From Tubiluchus corallicola (Eukaryota; Animalia; Priapulida), in NCBI GenBank assembly GCA_030141605.1, contig JAQGDQ010000033.1:799214-863213 (forward strand): a stretch of DNA of 64,000 nt, read 5' to 3'. Under the pieces are notes generated by a model, which did no database searches, was not told where the DNA came from, and was given only the letters and a program-made list of their open reading frames with translations. How positions within the stretch are numbered: position 1 is the first letter of the stretch; every line of letters begins with the position of its first letter. Below are positions 24,601 through 39,600 of the stretch, one piece after another. The translations under genes and the position numbers were made by a program.

Positions 24601-27600
24601 CGTATTTTTGTATGCACGACAGTTACCAATTGCAGCAGTGAATACTCAGTTTCTGCTTTAAGGAGAGTAAAAAATTACTTGGGATCAGCTTTAACAGCAG
24701 AAAAATTAAGCTCTCTTGCTTTGTTGAATATAGAGACAGACATTGTGCAAAATTTAGATTGCACAGATGTTATTGATAGATTTGCACAGGAAAAGGCCAG
24801 GAAAAAATTAGTTTAATTTACCTGTAATTCACATAAATGATATAATAAAACAAATTTTACACACACAACACAATTTTTGCAACCTGTAATACTGTATCTG
24901 CTAACATTTGTAGCAAAATTTGCTTCTTGCGGTGTAATCAGCTAATGAAGTTTTCTTGCGACTTTAGTGACTTTATAATACTGTAGCAATTTGATAAATT
25001 ACCTTGTAGACTGGAAAACAATTAACATTAGCAACGTAGCAAGTTCTGATAAATATCTGATTAAAAGCTTGTAAAAACTAGCAAATACCTCTTTTTTATT
25101 TTTTCTTGAAGTTTGTCAAAAACTTCGAACGCCTAATCGTAGATACATTTACTGAGTTTGTTTTATATAAGCGCTGTATATGACAAGCATAGTTTGCACT
25201 ATTATTAGTACACGAAAGATACCATGCCACAGGGATTTGCTTAGCCTGCATCAGTACAAGCCCAATACAAATGTATGTAATTAATAGTAACTTCATGGCT
25301 ACTAGGTGGTAGTATTTCCACTACACCACAAGCAATTTCGTGCACTCGAGTACCAGCCTAGGGTGCCAGAATGTCTTAATATGCCCTGGTCATCATTCAG
25401 TGAGCACATGCAGGTTCAGGCTGTCTGTGTGATGGAATTTAACCTACGTACACTATGATTTCTCATTTTTCAAAACGGTCAGAATATGATAAAAAAAATT
25501 TGTGCTAACAAGCTTAAAAGTTTTGTGCTGGATTTGTACGCAGCAGATCAGTAGAGCTGCAGCTGAGTCATATGTACCAAATTTTGAAAAAGTGGCACCA
25601 CAGGCTTTTTGACTAAGTTTTGCTGAAAGAAACCCAGCCAAACATTGATGTGACATGTGCAGTTGATGTAATCATAATTAATTAGTGTTTCATAACTTTG
25701 TGTTTTTCAGGTTGTGAGGCTTCTTAATGAGGCATCCTTGTTTCCCAAAGACACTCAGCGGGTTACAAATCTCAAACAGGTCAGTTAATGACTTTTAATG
25801 GCTTTAATCTACAGTGAGGTGATACACACTAATAATCTTATCTATTTCATTTAAAACTCTTCATGATGTTATACTTTAAAAAAAAACTTTTCGACTCAGT
25901 CTAACTACTTGTTGTTACATTTATTATCACAATACAGTTTGGAGTTGTCTATTGTCTAAACAGGTCTATTATCAATTAGCTGGAAGACGAATTTCTAAAA
26001 AATTTGTACAAGTTACTCCAAATATGTGTTTGCTTCTATATCATTGAACTGTTTATTAGTATTGTGTAAAATCACAAACTTATTATTAGTGGATCTTGAT
26101 TATATCCCTGTATGTTTTTCAGGTGCAAGAACTCATTATTAACAAAGAACCTGATCTTCTGGACAATTTCCTGGATGTATGTATTACTTTAATATATTAT
26201 ATGCATGTGTGTAATAGGCGTGCTAATTTGGACTAATTTATTAATTCGACCCTGGGATGTTTTCCTTCGACAATCATTATGGTAATGACACCTGGAAATA
26301 AATAAGGCATGGACGAAATATTTGTTTGTTTCTGGTTGCTGATCGACTGTGCCATTTTATGTGCGACTCAAATTATTTTTTCACGCTTATCAGAATAAAA
26401 TTTTTTATTTGCCTCCCAATCATATTCACGATTTATGCAGCCGCTTCTATAATATTTTACACCAGTGGCTGCAACCATCTTGAAATTGTAAACAAGATGT
26501 TGTCATGAAGACGATATTTTTTAGAATGAAATGTGGATTTTTGCCTATAGCCATTGTTAGTGTTTACTCATTTTAATTGAAAAGAAAAAGAAAATCAAGT
26601 ACACAGAAACATATTTATCTTTTATTAATTAGTTAAAAAATGCATTACTATATTTCTTTCATAAAAATGACATTTTTAAATCAATGCAAAATGTGAATAA
26701 CTCGTCAAAGTAAGACTTCATAATCGAGTCAAAAATCGGTAACTTGCATCAGTGTAATCATATGACAAAAAAGTAAAACATAGAATCCTTGTCTACTCAT
26801 AGTGTAATATGACAAAAATCAAAAAAATTTAGGCCTAAACAAATATATAGTTATATTGATATATAGTTATAATTCTTCCATGCAGCAGTTAAAGTATTAT
26901 TGTGCATGATGACAATTCACGCATTCTCACTCTCTTGTCTAGACTGAACTATGCTAGTTGTTGAACCGATAACTTGAACAATAAATTCAGGTGCACCCAT
27001 GTTCTTGTCTGGACTGAACTTAGTGTTAATTACAGTATTGTAAAGCATCATAAACTCGAAAAAGAGCTGTATTTAGTATGGAGCTTGTCGATTTTTGTTA
27101 ACTTAGTTTTGTTTTCGCATAATTAATTTTCTACAGTGTTCTTGGTAAAATTTTACATGATTAATAATAATTTATGTTTAAATTCTTGGTGATACAATTA
27201 ATCTCTTATTTTATTAAGATTAATATTAACTGAATCATTGCCAGTCACTACATCTAATTCATCTCTAGCTCAGTGTGCAAAAGACGTGTCACATATTGCT
27301 AATGATGATGATTGGTTCACTTTAGTTTCTCACTATATTGTTTTAATCTTTGCTAATGCACAAGTGCTAACTTTTTCTTATTTTGATTAGGTTGAATCAA
27401 CTTCATGGTGTTACCAATTTTACAAATTCAAAAGTTTGCAAAGTTAAAGAGTTGGAAGTTAATCATAGTGAGAGTTAATCAAGTTTATTGTTTAAGTTAA
27501 ATCTCAGTATTAAACCACAAAATTTCATTGTTTATTTTTCTTAAACAAGATGTTACACTTGCATACCATAATATATAGGTCATCATCATTCTTATGATTG

Positions 27601-30600
27601 ACAATAGGTATATTTAGGATTTTCAGTTTTCAGAGAAGAGGACTACTTGAAGTCAAACTTTATGCTTCTTTTCATATGGCTCTAGCGGGCAAATTTGTGA
27701 ATTGTGAATACAGGCATTGTGAATACAACTCTCATCACCAAAATTAGCTCTCACAGCATTGTTTTCTGAGAATACCTGTATAATGAAATAATGTTTTTCT
27801 TGTAGCTAAGGTTGAGTTATATTAAATTAAATTGACTTTTATATATTAAATACCACAATTATACAAACAAAATATTTAATATATTTAAATCATAATCTGA
27901 ATATCTAAACAAGGATATAAGTATGGGAGCTTGTCTTCTGGTTATTGACATAAATTGTTTTTTGCAGGAGGTGCTCTCCTTTCAACATGATAAGTCAGCA
28001 GATGTAAAGAAAGCATTACTGTCTTTTATTGAAGAGGCATGGTAAGATATTTTACAAATGTGCAGTCATTTGAAAGATTGACAACTCTATACAAATCCAT
28101 ATTGAAACAAATTGTGAAGAGAAGATGTATAAATGAAACCTAAACCTATGCCAATATTTCGACATCGTTAGCAGCACATTTCAAACATGTATCCAGTTTA
28201 ATTTTTAATGCTAGCCAAGAATCTTTTTTGTAAGTGCAAAAATACAAATGAATTTTGAAAAGATGGTCATTGCTATTAACCCTACATGCAAATGATAATA
28301 ATAGCAGTGTTTATCTTTATACGAAAAGTGTTGAACTGTCTACATGCAGTTGTTACCATCTAAAAACCTGCTAACAAACAGAAACAAGTGTTATTATAAA
28401 ATTACGTCTTAAGGAGCATAAAACAAATAGTATTTTTATGCTTTAAGGAATGTCAAGATATTATTGTTAAAAGTAATACTCCTTGAACAAAGTAATGTTA
28501 AGGGAAAATTTATTGTATTTCTCAATTTTTTACCTGAGGTACATGTTTTGGAGCTGTAGCTTTTTTAAAATTTTTACATTTTATTGGTGAACGAAGAGTG
28601 AACACATACTTAGGTGAAAAATGAACTGTCTTTTCAGATATACGTTTGTTGCAATATATGGGAAGGTTACCTGGTAAAAGGTATAACTGCAATGTTTTTT
28701 TGTTTTCTAGCAAACTGGACAAAGAGATGTTGCCAAAGGTCGTGACAAATTTGAATATCATGTTTACTGATGAAAATGTGTCAGTTCAAAAAAAAGTCAT
28801 ACAAGTGCACACACAATTATATAAGATTGCTCTAAGAGTGAGTTAATATCTTTTTTTTTGTTTCTGTTACTAGCCTTGCTGTTGGCCATTGATACTGAAA
28901 GAAAAGGGGTGATTTATTATTTAGCAGTAAATTATTTGACAGTATTTGATCTTGAAAAAATTTATGCTTTTTGACACATGTAGTATTGTAATTAACATGT
29001 GCCTGATTATGTTGAGGTTAAGATTTTCAGACATTTGATAATCAGTGTATAAACTAGTGAATTTTACACTCTAAATGAACATTATTTAACATATAAAGGC
29101 TAATTATTTCTTTCACTTGCATGTTTCTGGGGTGTGCTTGAATTAGTCAGTTAAAGATTCCTTACTGAAATGCTGACACCGTGTTTGTACCTACTTGAAA
29201 TTTATGTGCAAAATGTCTAAGAAAACTAGCACTCTCTGTAGTTTATACTTTACTTGTGTAACTGTTATATTCTTATATTTTTGGGAATTTGTATAGTGGA
29301 TTTCTGCGGCTCGAGAAAAAGATGATTTAATGGAGCAAACTTGGGATATGATGAATAAGTTAAAAGATGATATTCTGTTACACCTCGAATCTGAAAATGA
29401 TGGGTAAGTGGATACTAGGCAGCCATGTAATGTGCTGCAGCTTATTAGCACAATTTAGGCATCTTGCCTGTTTTGTGAATTAGGCCACTGAGTTTTTAAA
29501 GTTTTGGGCATGGGCGTCTGCTGGGGGTGGTAAAAAGGTCATTTGACCTCCCCTTTCTAACCTTGGGCATCTCGACGTAGAATCCTATAATTAATTCCCT
29601 CAGGAGTGTCTGGACTTGGAAATGTCTATTCTCTGCCTCACTCAGTAGTACGGTACATTACCCGATATAATCTCTGGCTTAAGAAGCTTAGCTCGGAATT
29701 AAGCGGTTACTATAAACAGTAACAGCTTAAGACATATCACAGCCGCCGATATGAATGGAATCGTTAATGTCTTCAAAAATGTTAAAACCTTGCAGTTTCA
29801 GGTCATATCGGTTTCTTTTTCTTTTATATCTCCTTATTTTTGTATCTTAATTTTTATGATTTTTGCTCACAAGAGCTTGTGTGAACTCCAGTCCTCTCCA
29901 GTCTTAACCGAGGAAAAACCTTGGAGCACTCTTCTGATGAATGTTACTTTTACCATTAAATATATGATAGAATTCTTTTCATTTAAACCCCAGCATCAGC
30001 TAGATATTGGCATGTCGCTCTATCTTTTTATGGATCATTCAGTACTCAAACAGTGTGTTATTTTTTATATATTTTAATTCAAGGTTTCCGCATTCCAACC
30101 CTTTCTTTATATATCAGTATATATATATATAATATTGTGATCAATAATTAGTATAATGTGTAGCTACAGTGCTCGAACCCATCCCCTAGCTGTAGGGTCT
30201 CCCTGCTCTTGCCTGACCCACCCCCACTACACCATGTGAGGGCCCAGAGATAATTTTAAGCAATAATTGTGATAGTAGAAGTATATCCCTTTGCCCCCCC
30301 CCCATTGGAAAAGTTGCAGCGGATGTTCTTGAGTATGGAGCTATAGAAAACAGGTCAATGGGTTGAAAAGTTCTTGACTTATATACTAATATTAGCTTAA
30401 CAGCTTACTTTAAAGTTTGCTAAGAAAAATCTGAATTTCAAGTACAATTTCGTGTATTTGTTTTGTAAGATGACAGGCTTGATATATGTATTTATATATG
30501 CGTATATGTATAGTTCAAATATTTAACATATGATGTTCAGATAGTTCATATAGTGTATATAATGTAAAATTTGTTACATTTTTAATTGTTTAATATAAGT

Positions 30601-33600
30601 CTGTGTTCCTTTCAAAATGAATATTTTATTTTTAGGTTGCGAACCTATGCTGTCAAATTCGTTGAAATGCTAGTCTTGGTTAACACAAGGGTTGCCCTGG
30701 TGAGCTCTCATTGTTTTATTAAATAATTTATATTGTAAACTGATCTGTCTAAACTCTTAACTGAAAGTATTCATTTTGTTCGTTGATTATAATAATGCAA
30801 AAATTGAGGTCAATTCTAAACATTTGTTACATGTAGTACATTTTTGGAACAGTTGAACACATGGCGTGATACTTTTCTGCAGGATTCTGAAATCCCAAAA
30901 ACATTACTTGGGGATATAAGCCTGGATCAGGTTATCAAGGATCACCCGATCTTGAAAATACGGAAGTTAGAAGAAGAAGGAAAGAACGCTTTCAACTTAC
31001 TCATAGGTTTCATGGCACATCCTGCAACGTCCAGGTAATCATTGTCAAGAAATTGTTATGTCTCAAGGTTTCAAAATTTCTATTGATATCATTTGGGCAA
31101 ATATTATGTATTATGGTTTGATGGTGACATTAGTTAAATCAATTTTAGTTGTATTGTATAGGATATGGTGCAGAATTAAACAGTAAATTATGAACAGGTT
31201 TTAAGTAGTTCTAAGCTTGTAATAATCATACTGTGTAATTACAGCACTTAAAAAATAATAGCAAATAGAAATATACTTACAGATAAAATAATGGTAATCA
31301 AGCCAAAGCATTGCACTTCTGTTTTAATGGGTGATTAGAATGATGCTTTTGCAATAAAGTTTCAATTTGAACAAGTGAATTTACAATTTTGACGTGAAAC
31401 AGGATATATAATTTCAAAGTGTAATAAACAAACAAACCATTTTTATAAAACTTACAACACTGAAAAAGAATCACTAAGGTTCTAGTAATGGAAAAATTTT
31501 GTTTGCAATTGTAAAGGACATGTATTTACACATCAGTGTAAAAAAGTCTTGATATATACTTTTATCACCTAACTGTCCTCTCAAATGTCTAAATTCAATG
31601 TTACAAATTCATACAACTCAGCCACTATGCTCGAAACCAGCATGTAAGCTGTGTAAGGAAAGCATGTAAATCAAAAATATTCTGCAATGTGAATGCAGAA
31701 TATTCTGCTTGTGTGTAACAATTTAATTACAGCTGATTTCGTGCTGAGTGTTTCATCACATTGACCTACACAAATATAAAGCATAACGTAATATTCATGC
31801 AAGAAGAAAAGGGGGGAAATATTAATTTAAATGGAGGATTTCGTGAAATCTGAATAGGGCTAATAATGGCATTCCAAATTTGAAACTTTTTTGATGAATA
31901 ATTCTAAGACAAAATCATGTAATAAAACACTATTTATTTATCAGCTATTTCTGTAGCATACATGCTTTCTGTAGTTATTTATTAAGCAATTGATTTTTTT
32001 TCAAAACTCTTATAATGGAGATATAAACACACTATCTAAATGAGTTTAGTTTGACTTGATAAACAACGCATTTACATTTGCAATACATTACATATATTTA
32101 TTAACTTCTTTTCGCTCGGTAATCTATTTACAAATCAGTTTGTCTTCTCAAAGCATCTGAGCGTTCTGAGCATCTTTGCAAATTAATCTCTCATCAGAGC
32201 TACTGTGCTTATTAATTTATTAAATAAAATTATTAACCAGGAAAGTGAAACTAAGAAAATTATAAGTTAGAATAAGATTGTTTATTTTTTAATGAAGTGA
32301 CAATTTTTTAATGCACTCTGCCTTTTAATAAACTCTGCCTAGATTCCGCCTGCATAATTTTGAGCTACAGTTTTAGCAATAATTCAAAAAAATTTTACTT
32401 TGCTGATGCTTGCATATAGATGTGTTAAAATGCATTAAAACTGCACTTTAGTTCCTGCAGTTCACTTTCATTCCATTTTTTACGTCATTGCTGATACTTG
32501 TTAGAGTTTTCAACATTTGTTAGCATCTGTTTTAGAAGTATAAGATGCACCTTGATAATAATTTGATCCTTTTTAATAAACCCTCCAGTTGGGTCTATAA
32601 GTAGTGCATGGTCAGCAATAGTGTCACACCACTGGTAAGAATCTGTTTCTCTTTTGCACTCTATTCTAATGTTGCCTTTCTCACATGCATTCATTACTTC
32701 GATCCAGCTTCCATTGCAAATAAGAGCATTGAGATTTCCAGAGTAAATACTGGCTAGAACGCAACAACCTGAATTCCATTTACCTTGAGAGCACTCGAAT
32801 TCTTCTTGACATCGCTTTAGTTTTAAGTTCCAGCCTTTTGTAGATTTGCTTGGCAAGAGGTCTCGGCTGTCATAAACATTTTTAAACTCGCCTCTTTCTT
32901 TATAAAGGATGGTATCTTCAAATTGGTTTTTTGCAGTTGTATCCTCTTTTAGGTCAACAGACACCTTGTACACTGCCACGCCTATTTCTTTCTGTGATAC
33001 CTTTCCTCCTTTCTTTGCCATATTTGTGTATTTTAATATTCTAAGCCAATAAAATGAGTTGGTTATAACACATGGATCTTTGTAGACAAAGTAATTGAGA
33101 ATTATTGCATAGCAAACTATTTAACTTTGGCAAGTGAATAGTGGGTTATGTTCAAAGGTCACACTTTTAATAGTAGCACTTGGCTGCGTAAATAATAATT
33201 TTATGTTTGTTTCATAACCACCTATGTAGGAAACTAAAATGGTGTATGGTTCACTCTTTATGTTTTTTCCATCAGTCAGTGCCTCTTAATTATTATGTGG
33301 CATAATTTTGCTTTAGTGCCAGATGAATTATTAGTTAATCACAAATTAGATGTGTAAATCAGCCAACCCACTTATTTTTTTAAGTGTTTTATGTCAGTAT
33401 AATTATTGCACTAAATAAATACATTAATATATGGGGACAAAAAGATCTATCTAGTTCTGAGACTAAACTGGGAATTTTTCATCTTCTCAAGTGTATGTGT
33501 TGTCATTTGTTTTGTTAAAAACAATTTCAAAGGAAGTTTTATACACATCAGCACACTGCTAGGCAGAATCTAGCTTTCAATGACATGGGCTGCTTGACGA

Positions 33601-36600
33601 AGCCTGGCTCATTATCAAGGATATAATGAAACTGCCCAAAGAGCATATGAAATCCAAGTGGTCAGGAAGCATGGGAGCTTGTTACCACTTGGTTATAAAT
33701 CACAACAAGAGACTTAATGCATTACATTATTATAGTTCACTAGGTTTTCTGTGCCACTAACAGAGTGAGCAAAAATGTGTTCATAGTGTAATCTCAAGTG
33801 GCCTGAAAATGAAGAAAAGCAGGTGTGTAGCAGGAGGGATCAAGGTTGCTCAGGTGGTGAATCCTTAGTGTGCTAGTTATGTTGTTATATGTCCAATTTG
33901 TTTGATTTACAGTGTAAATTTAATGGCATGTATGGGTACACTGACGAGTATTGCCAAACAACGACCAGATTTTATGAACGAGGTAGTCCAGTGTTTTGAG
34001 TCTTTACACAGTAAGTGTTGCATTACATTGTCTGAGCATAAAGTAATGTTACAGACTTGTAAATTTCAATTCTGCAGTCAGTCTATAAATAAGTGTTAAA
34101 ATCAAAGTAATTTCATCTATGTTATTTACTTTACTTTTTTAAATTTCTGTAATTCGTTGCAGAAACTTTTATTTGCGAATTGTTTATTTTATTTCTCTGC
34201 TACAACATTGAATGACTCCAAAACTCCACAACCTAGTGTCGCTAAACTTGCAAGGGGCATAGACGTAGTGACCTCGGACCAAAATGTCGAGGATAATTTT
34301 TTACGTGTATTTAGGTACAGTGGGTTAGATGTGAACCTGGTATTTTTAAAAGCCAGTAAGCTTGAGATAAAAACCAAAATGTGAAAATTAGGGTGAACGT
34401 CTTTGTCGCTCTACCACTTCTTACAGTATTGGACTAACAGTCTATGTTTTGCGTGTAAGGTTAAATGTACATAAGTATTTTTCAAAAAGTGGGCATGGCC
34501 AGGTCATTTGACATGAGCAAAATGTTTAAAACAAGGTTATGTGATTGAAAAGTAAACAAGTTGGAGGCACAAAACTTGCAGGATAGATACTTGAAACAAC
34601 AGCTCAGACAACAAAGTAATGACCTGTGACTTGGGTCAAGGAGTCAAGGACTGTAGACGTGTATCAGTTTTTTTGTTGAACTGTATATATTTACTATAGT
34701 TTTTGAGTTTGGGTCACAATTTTTGGTATGCGGCTAGAAAATATCGAGTTCTTGTACATGGCAAAAAGTTTCGCTAAAGCCAAAAACCGATAAAAAGGTG
34801 ATTGTGCACAGACATTTTCCACTGTTCAGCAACAATAGTCTTTGGTATCGTATATATTAATTTTGCTGGTATGGGCTTAATATATATATATATAAGATTC
34901 GAGGCTACAGCTTCGATGACGGCACCATTTGCAGCGATCTATATATAATCTCATCGGGGGGGGGGTATTTTTCAAATCAGACCCACCGGGACGAACAGGG
35001 GGCGAAAAACCTCAAAAAATGGCCATTTTTCAGCCGTTTTTTGCAAAACTTAATACCTTTTATTTCTGGAGAACGGAAATGGACTATGAATGGTGCTGGC
35101 TATGGATAAATAGCCCGTTCAGCGTTGGGTGTAGTAGGCATATTTAGATTTTGCAAGAGGGCCACGGTGTCCCGTTTTGCAGGACGCAGCTGCCGATTTT
35201 TTGGAAATTTTGACCAAACAGCATGCGGAAAAAACATTCTAGCGGAACCTGGTGGGACTCTCGAATGGAGATATATAACTCTTTAGAAAGAGGAGGAACA
35301 GGGCTACACGATAGTGTGGGCTGTATTTTAGGACGTCTCCACCCTGAGGAGCTGTGACGAGTTGACTGAAGGTTCTATTTCCAGTGTTTTTTGCTTGGAA
35401 GACTGCTAACGCAAAGTCATTGTTCAGACGTCATCCATTATACTCTGTTCATAACCTTATAACTTTAATTCAGTAAAAGCTGCTGCTCGTTTTGTGTTAT
35501 AAATGAGGACTATGTAGGATATACGCTAGTCTATATATTAATTTCGGTGGTATATATGGGTTTATATGCAACCTGTTATATTGCAGAACCTTAAGTTTAT
35601 GTCTTAGTCTTAACCAGCTGTCTAATTTATAATACACTCAAACATTTTTTCAATATTTTGTTTCTTTCAGCTAACTTACCCCCAACGTTAACAAAATCTC
35701 AAGTGAGCAGTGTTCGGAAAAAATTAAAGGCAAGTCTAATTTAGTATATATCGTTCTCATTTTGTGTTTTGATTTCAGTAAAGTAATTTTTTATTTGAGA
35801 GAATTTCATTACCTTCACCTATAATTACATTTTGCTTCTAGATGGAATTGCTTAATTTACTAAAGCATCCAGCGTCCACGTTGTACCACCCACAAATGAC
35901 GACATTACTGAGTGATTTGGGAGCAACCACTGCAGAGGTAACCTAATGACCTGACAGTTTTCTGTCTGTACATATGCTGCACTTTATAATGTACTTTACA
36001 TGCATGATTTGCTGTAGAACTAGTATGTCATAGTACTTTTTTGTCATTTGAGGTGCGGTTGATTACTTTGTGATTTTGTTTAACAGTGATACTAATGTGC
36101 CAATTTACTATACTCTATATTGTTGAAGGTTTCTAAGGTGATGCCAAAGGAACTGCCCGTTAAACGAAAAGGTCCCGAAGAAGATGACATCATTATGAAT
36201 ATTACAAATAAAAAGAAGCAAAAATTTGAGGTGAAATTTCAAGTATAAATGTATCTTGTTCATTTGTTCAGATAATTAAAACTGTAAACTGTGAGTTTGG
36301 CTGTTGTTCTTGTGCAATTGTTATATAAGTTTTCCACTTAAACAAAAAAGCATAAACGAGGACAACATAAGACGAACATGCACTATACTAAGAAAACTCA
36401 CTAAGGTTTGAAATATTTGATAAAGTAATATGTAAACTGCTCGTACTCATATTTTTTCATTTGTTTTTTAGCAAAAGATATTAGATGATTTGGGTGGTGA
36501 AACACCTATGCCAGCTCCATCACCTCCTAAGTCTGTCAAAGTAGAAAAAAGTGTAATAGATTTAACACAAGAAGATCTTGTTCCTAGACTTACTGTTGCC

Positions 36601-39600
36601 AATGTTTCTGATCTAGTTCTATTGAGCATGGTAAGTGAAATCATTGTCTTTTTGGGAAAATGCTCTGTTCGCAAACTTCTCGAGTGAAAAATTTATGCAA
36701 ATAGCGGAAAAGCAGAAAAAGAGCTTTTTGACAAAATTAAAATTTTAACTACGGGTTTACCTCTTATCAATATCCCAATCAGGTCTGAATACGTTTTGCT
36801 GGAAAACAACTGTGTTTATTACTTTTTATTAATTAGTTTGCTGATTAATTTCGCACATTAGAAAATTTATTAGATACAGCATCACACGAATAATGAAGTA
36901 GTACCCGTGTGAAGGAATTACTTGTGTTTCTGAATGTCTCTTGCTTGTTTATTTTCCTGTTATCACTTCCCTGCCTTTTTTGGATGCTACTTTGCCCACA
37001 TTTTTTTTGAGCAGTCTTTGAAAACTGTGAATTTAATTTTCACTTTGAATATGCCATGTGCAAGAATATGTTTTACTAAAACATGTACATGTATTAGTAA
37101 AACACCTAGGCATCCCATTGTAAAAATTTGGTAAAACAGGTACAAAGTTAAAAACACACATTCAAACGTTCATGACCACCTTATTGGTCGTGAGCATTAT
37201 CTGAATTGACCTTGGATCAGTTTCCTAGGTGGCAAAATGATAATCCATTATAGATATCTTGGACACATACCTTAGAACTTTCAGCAAGATAGACGATGTG
37301 TACAACAATTGTTGATTGTGTCCACAACAACGACAATGTGTAACAGGACTGACCACTTGTGCCCCATTCTTGTAATGGGTCCTTTGAAACTTAAATCAGC
37401 AATATGTGATATATAACATATTCATAATCCATTGCAATTTGATCAAAATTCGAATACTCAGTAACAAATGTACAAAATATTTTTTAGACAATGTTGCCTG
37501 ACACGATGCCTGCTCATTTTGGATCAACCTATACCCCCATAGCAGCTGCTGGCACAGAAGCACAAATTAAACACTTAGCTAGACTATTAGCTACACAGCT
37601 AGTCCATGCTGGTTATGGGTTAGGACAACCATCTGAGCCACAGGTATGTGTTGACACAGCCAAATAATTAAAATGGCACAGTCTGTTATTTGGTTAAAAT
37701 TCATTTCGTAGTTGTTATTTACCCAGATACTATTACTTGTCATAATTTTTTATTTTTTCAAATCCAAAGAATGATGGCATTTTGTGCTACATACATGCTT
37801 TGCATGTTTATTGTTGTGTTGTAACATTGCATTCTAGAAGCCACTAGCGAAGACAGAAGAAGATGACGATGGCGGCACATCTCCCAAACATCTTATACAA
37901 ACCGTTGTCGGTGGGTTGTTTTACTGGCATAATATGCTCTCACTGTTCATAAAGTGATATCGTCTTTTTTTCAGTATTGGCGTCAAAGTAGTGCTCTGTA
38001 TAGTGAAACAAGACGGTGTAGGAAGAGGCATTTTGCAGCATAATGTTAACAGAATGACTGAGCCCTTTAGAGAAATTTACTAAACTAGCAAGAGTAGCCC
38101 AGTTCTAATAGTGTTTCATGGCCTTTAACTTTCATTTGTTCTGTTTTCTGTTAAGTAGTCATACTGGCAAATCTGTTATAAGAAAAGCTTGTGTCAAATT
38201 CTTTTTTATCCCCATTGTCTCACCTTAATTGCATTCTTTCTAGGTGGTGCTATTGATAAACCAGAGGATAAGAAACCATTCCTCTTGCCCGTCGCACCAC
38301 CAAAGAAATCCAAAAAGATGATCACCCAATTCCGTTTACAAGATGTGACGACAGAACTAAGTGAGAAGCAACAGAAGCAGATGTCATTAGATGCCGTTAA
38401 AAGAATAATGTATGCAGAGAAGAATGCTGTCACCGGTGGCGCTGCCATTAGCCGAATAAAAGTGCTGACAAGTTTAGTAACACAACTTGGTGGTGATTAT
38501 AGGAAGGGTAGGTGTTATTAGGTCTTGTTCCTGATTTTTATTGATTTTTTTGTTTAATGTTGTAGTCATTGGTGACCTTGGTAATATTGTTCTGTGGCAG
38601 TAAATGTCATTACTAATCTTACAGATTAGATTAGATTATTTATTGAATCCAAAAATACAGTTGTACATTTACATGAATAAGATCATTGCAATTAAAGATA
38701 ATTGTCTAAAGCTTGAGGTAGGGAGAAAGCCATCAAACATGATTGTACTTACGGTAGCCCACATTAATCAGTCGGTTTTGTTAATATTCCACAAAGCATT
38801 AAAATCAAATTTGAGTAGTTTAAAAAAAGGAGCCTAAGTCGCTAACATTAACAATCTCTGGTGATAAACTATTCCACATGTCAGTTTGCAAAAGAGTATT
38901 AAAAATATCAATACGACAATAGTTTTACACAATTATAATTATGGCCCCATAAACCGAGACTAGGAACATAAGTCTCTGATTCCATATGGGAGTGCAATAT
39001 TCCAGCAAAGTTACGACTGACTTGTACAATGTTAAAAGAGCAATAATGTTTTTTTTACAACAAAACAATGAAGTATCGTATTTGCTACTTTAAAAGCTTT
39101 AGCAACCTGGTCAGAACAATATCTGTGCTTAATGTATTTTTAACAGCACCATTCTCGTTCATGCTAAAACTCACAGAAACATGTACTGTGTCCCTTTATT
39201 TCTTCGTTTAATTCACATTTTTTTCTCACTTTTGAATTAAATCAGGAACTTTTTAGGAAGGTCAAATCTAATTTTAAGTTTACTGTAAACTGCAGCAACA
39301 CCAGTCTATTTTTGTTTCTTCTCAAATGTTCTTTTAAAAGATCTTGCATCTAGGCTAGCTGCATATTTGTTAAAATTTGAGCGTAGTTCGTTAGCTGTTT
39401 TTCGAAGTTTGTAATTTTAGAATAAAACTCGTCTCATTTTTGCATTGTTGGTTGGTTGGTTGATTTTTATGCTGTTTCATGGCTTCAACACAAGCTTGGC
39501 AGAAAGAGTTTTATATCCATTAGTAGATTCACAAAGCTTTTCTTTGTTGACTTTTGACAGACCTTGGATATTTTTCGATGCACAATCAACACAGACTCAG

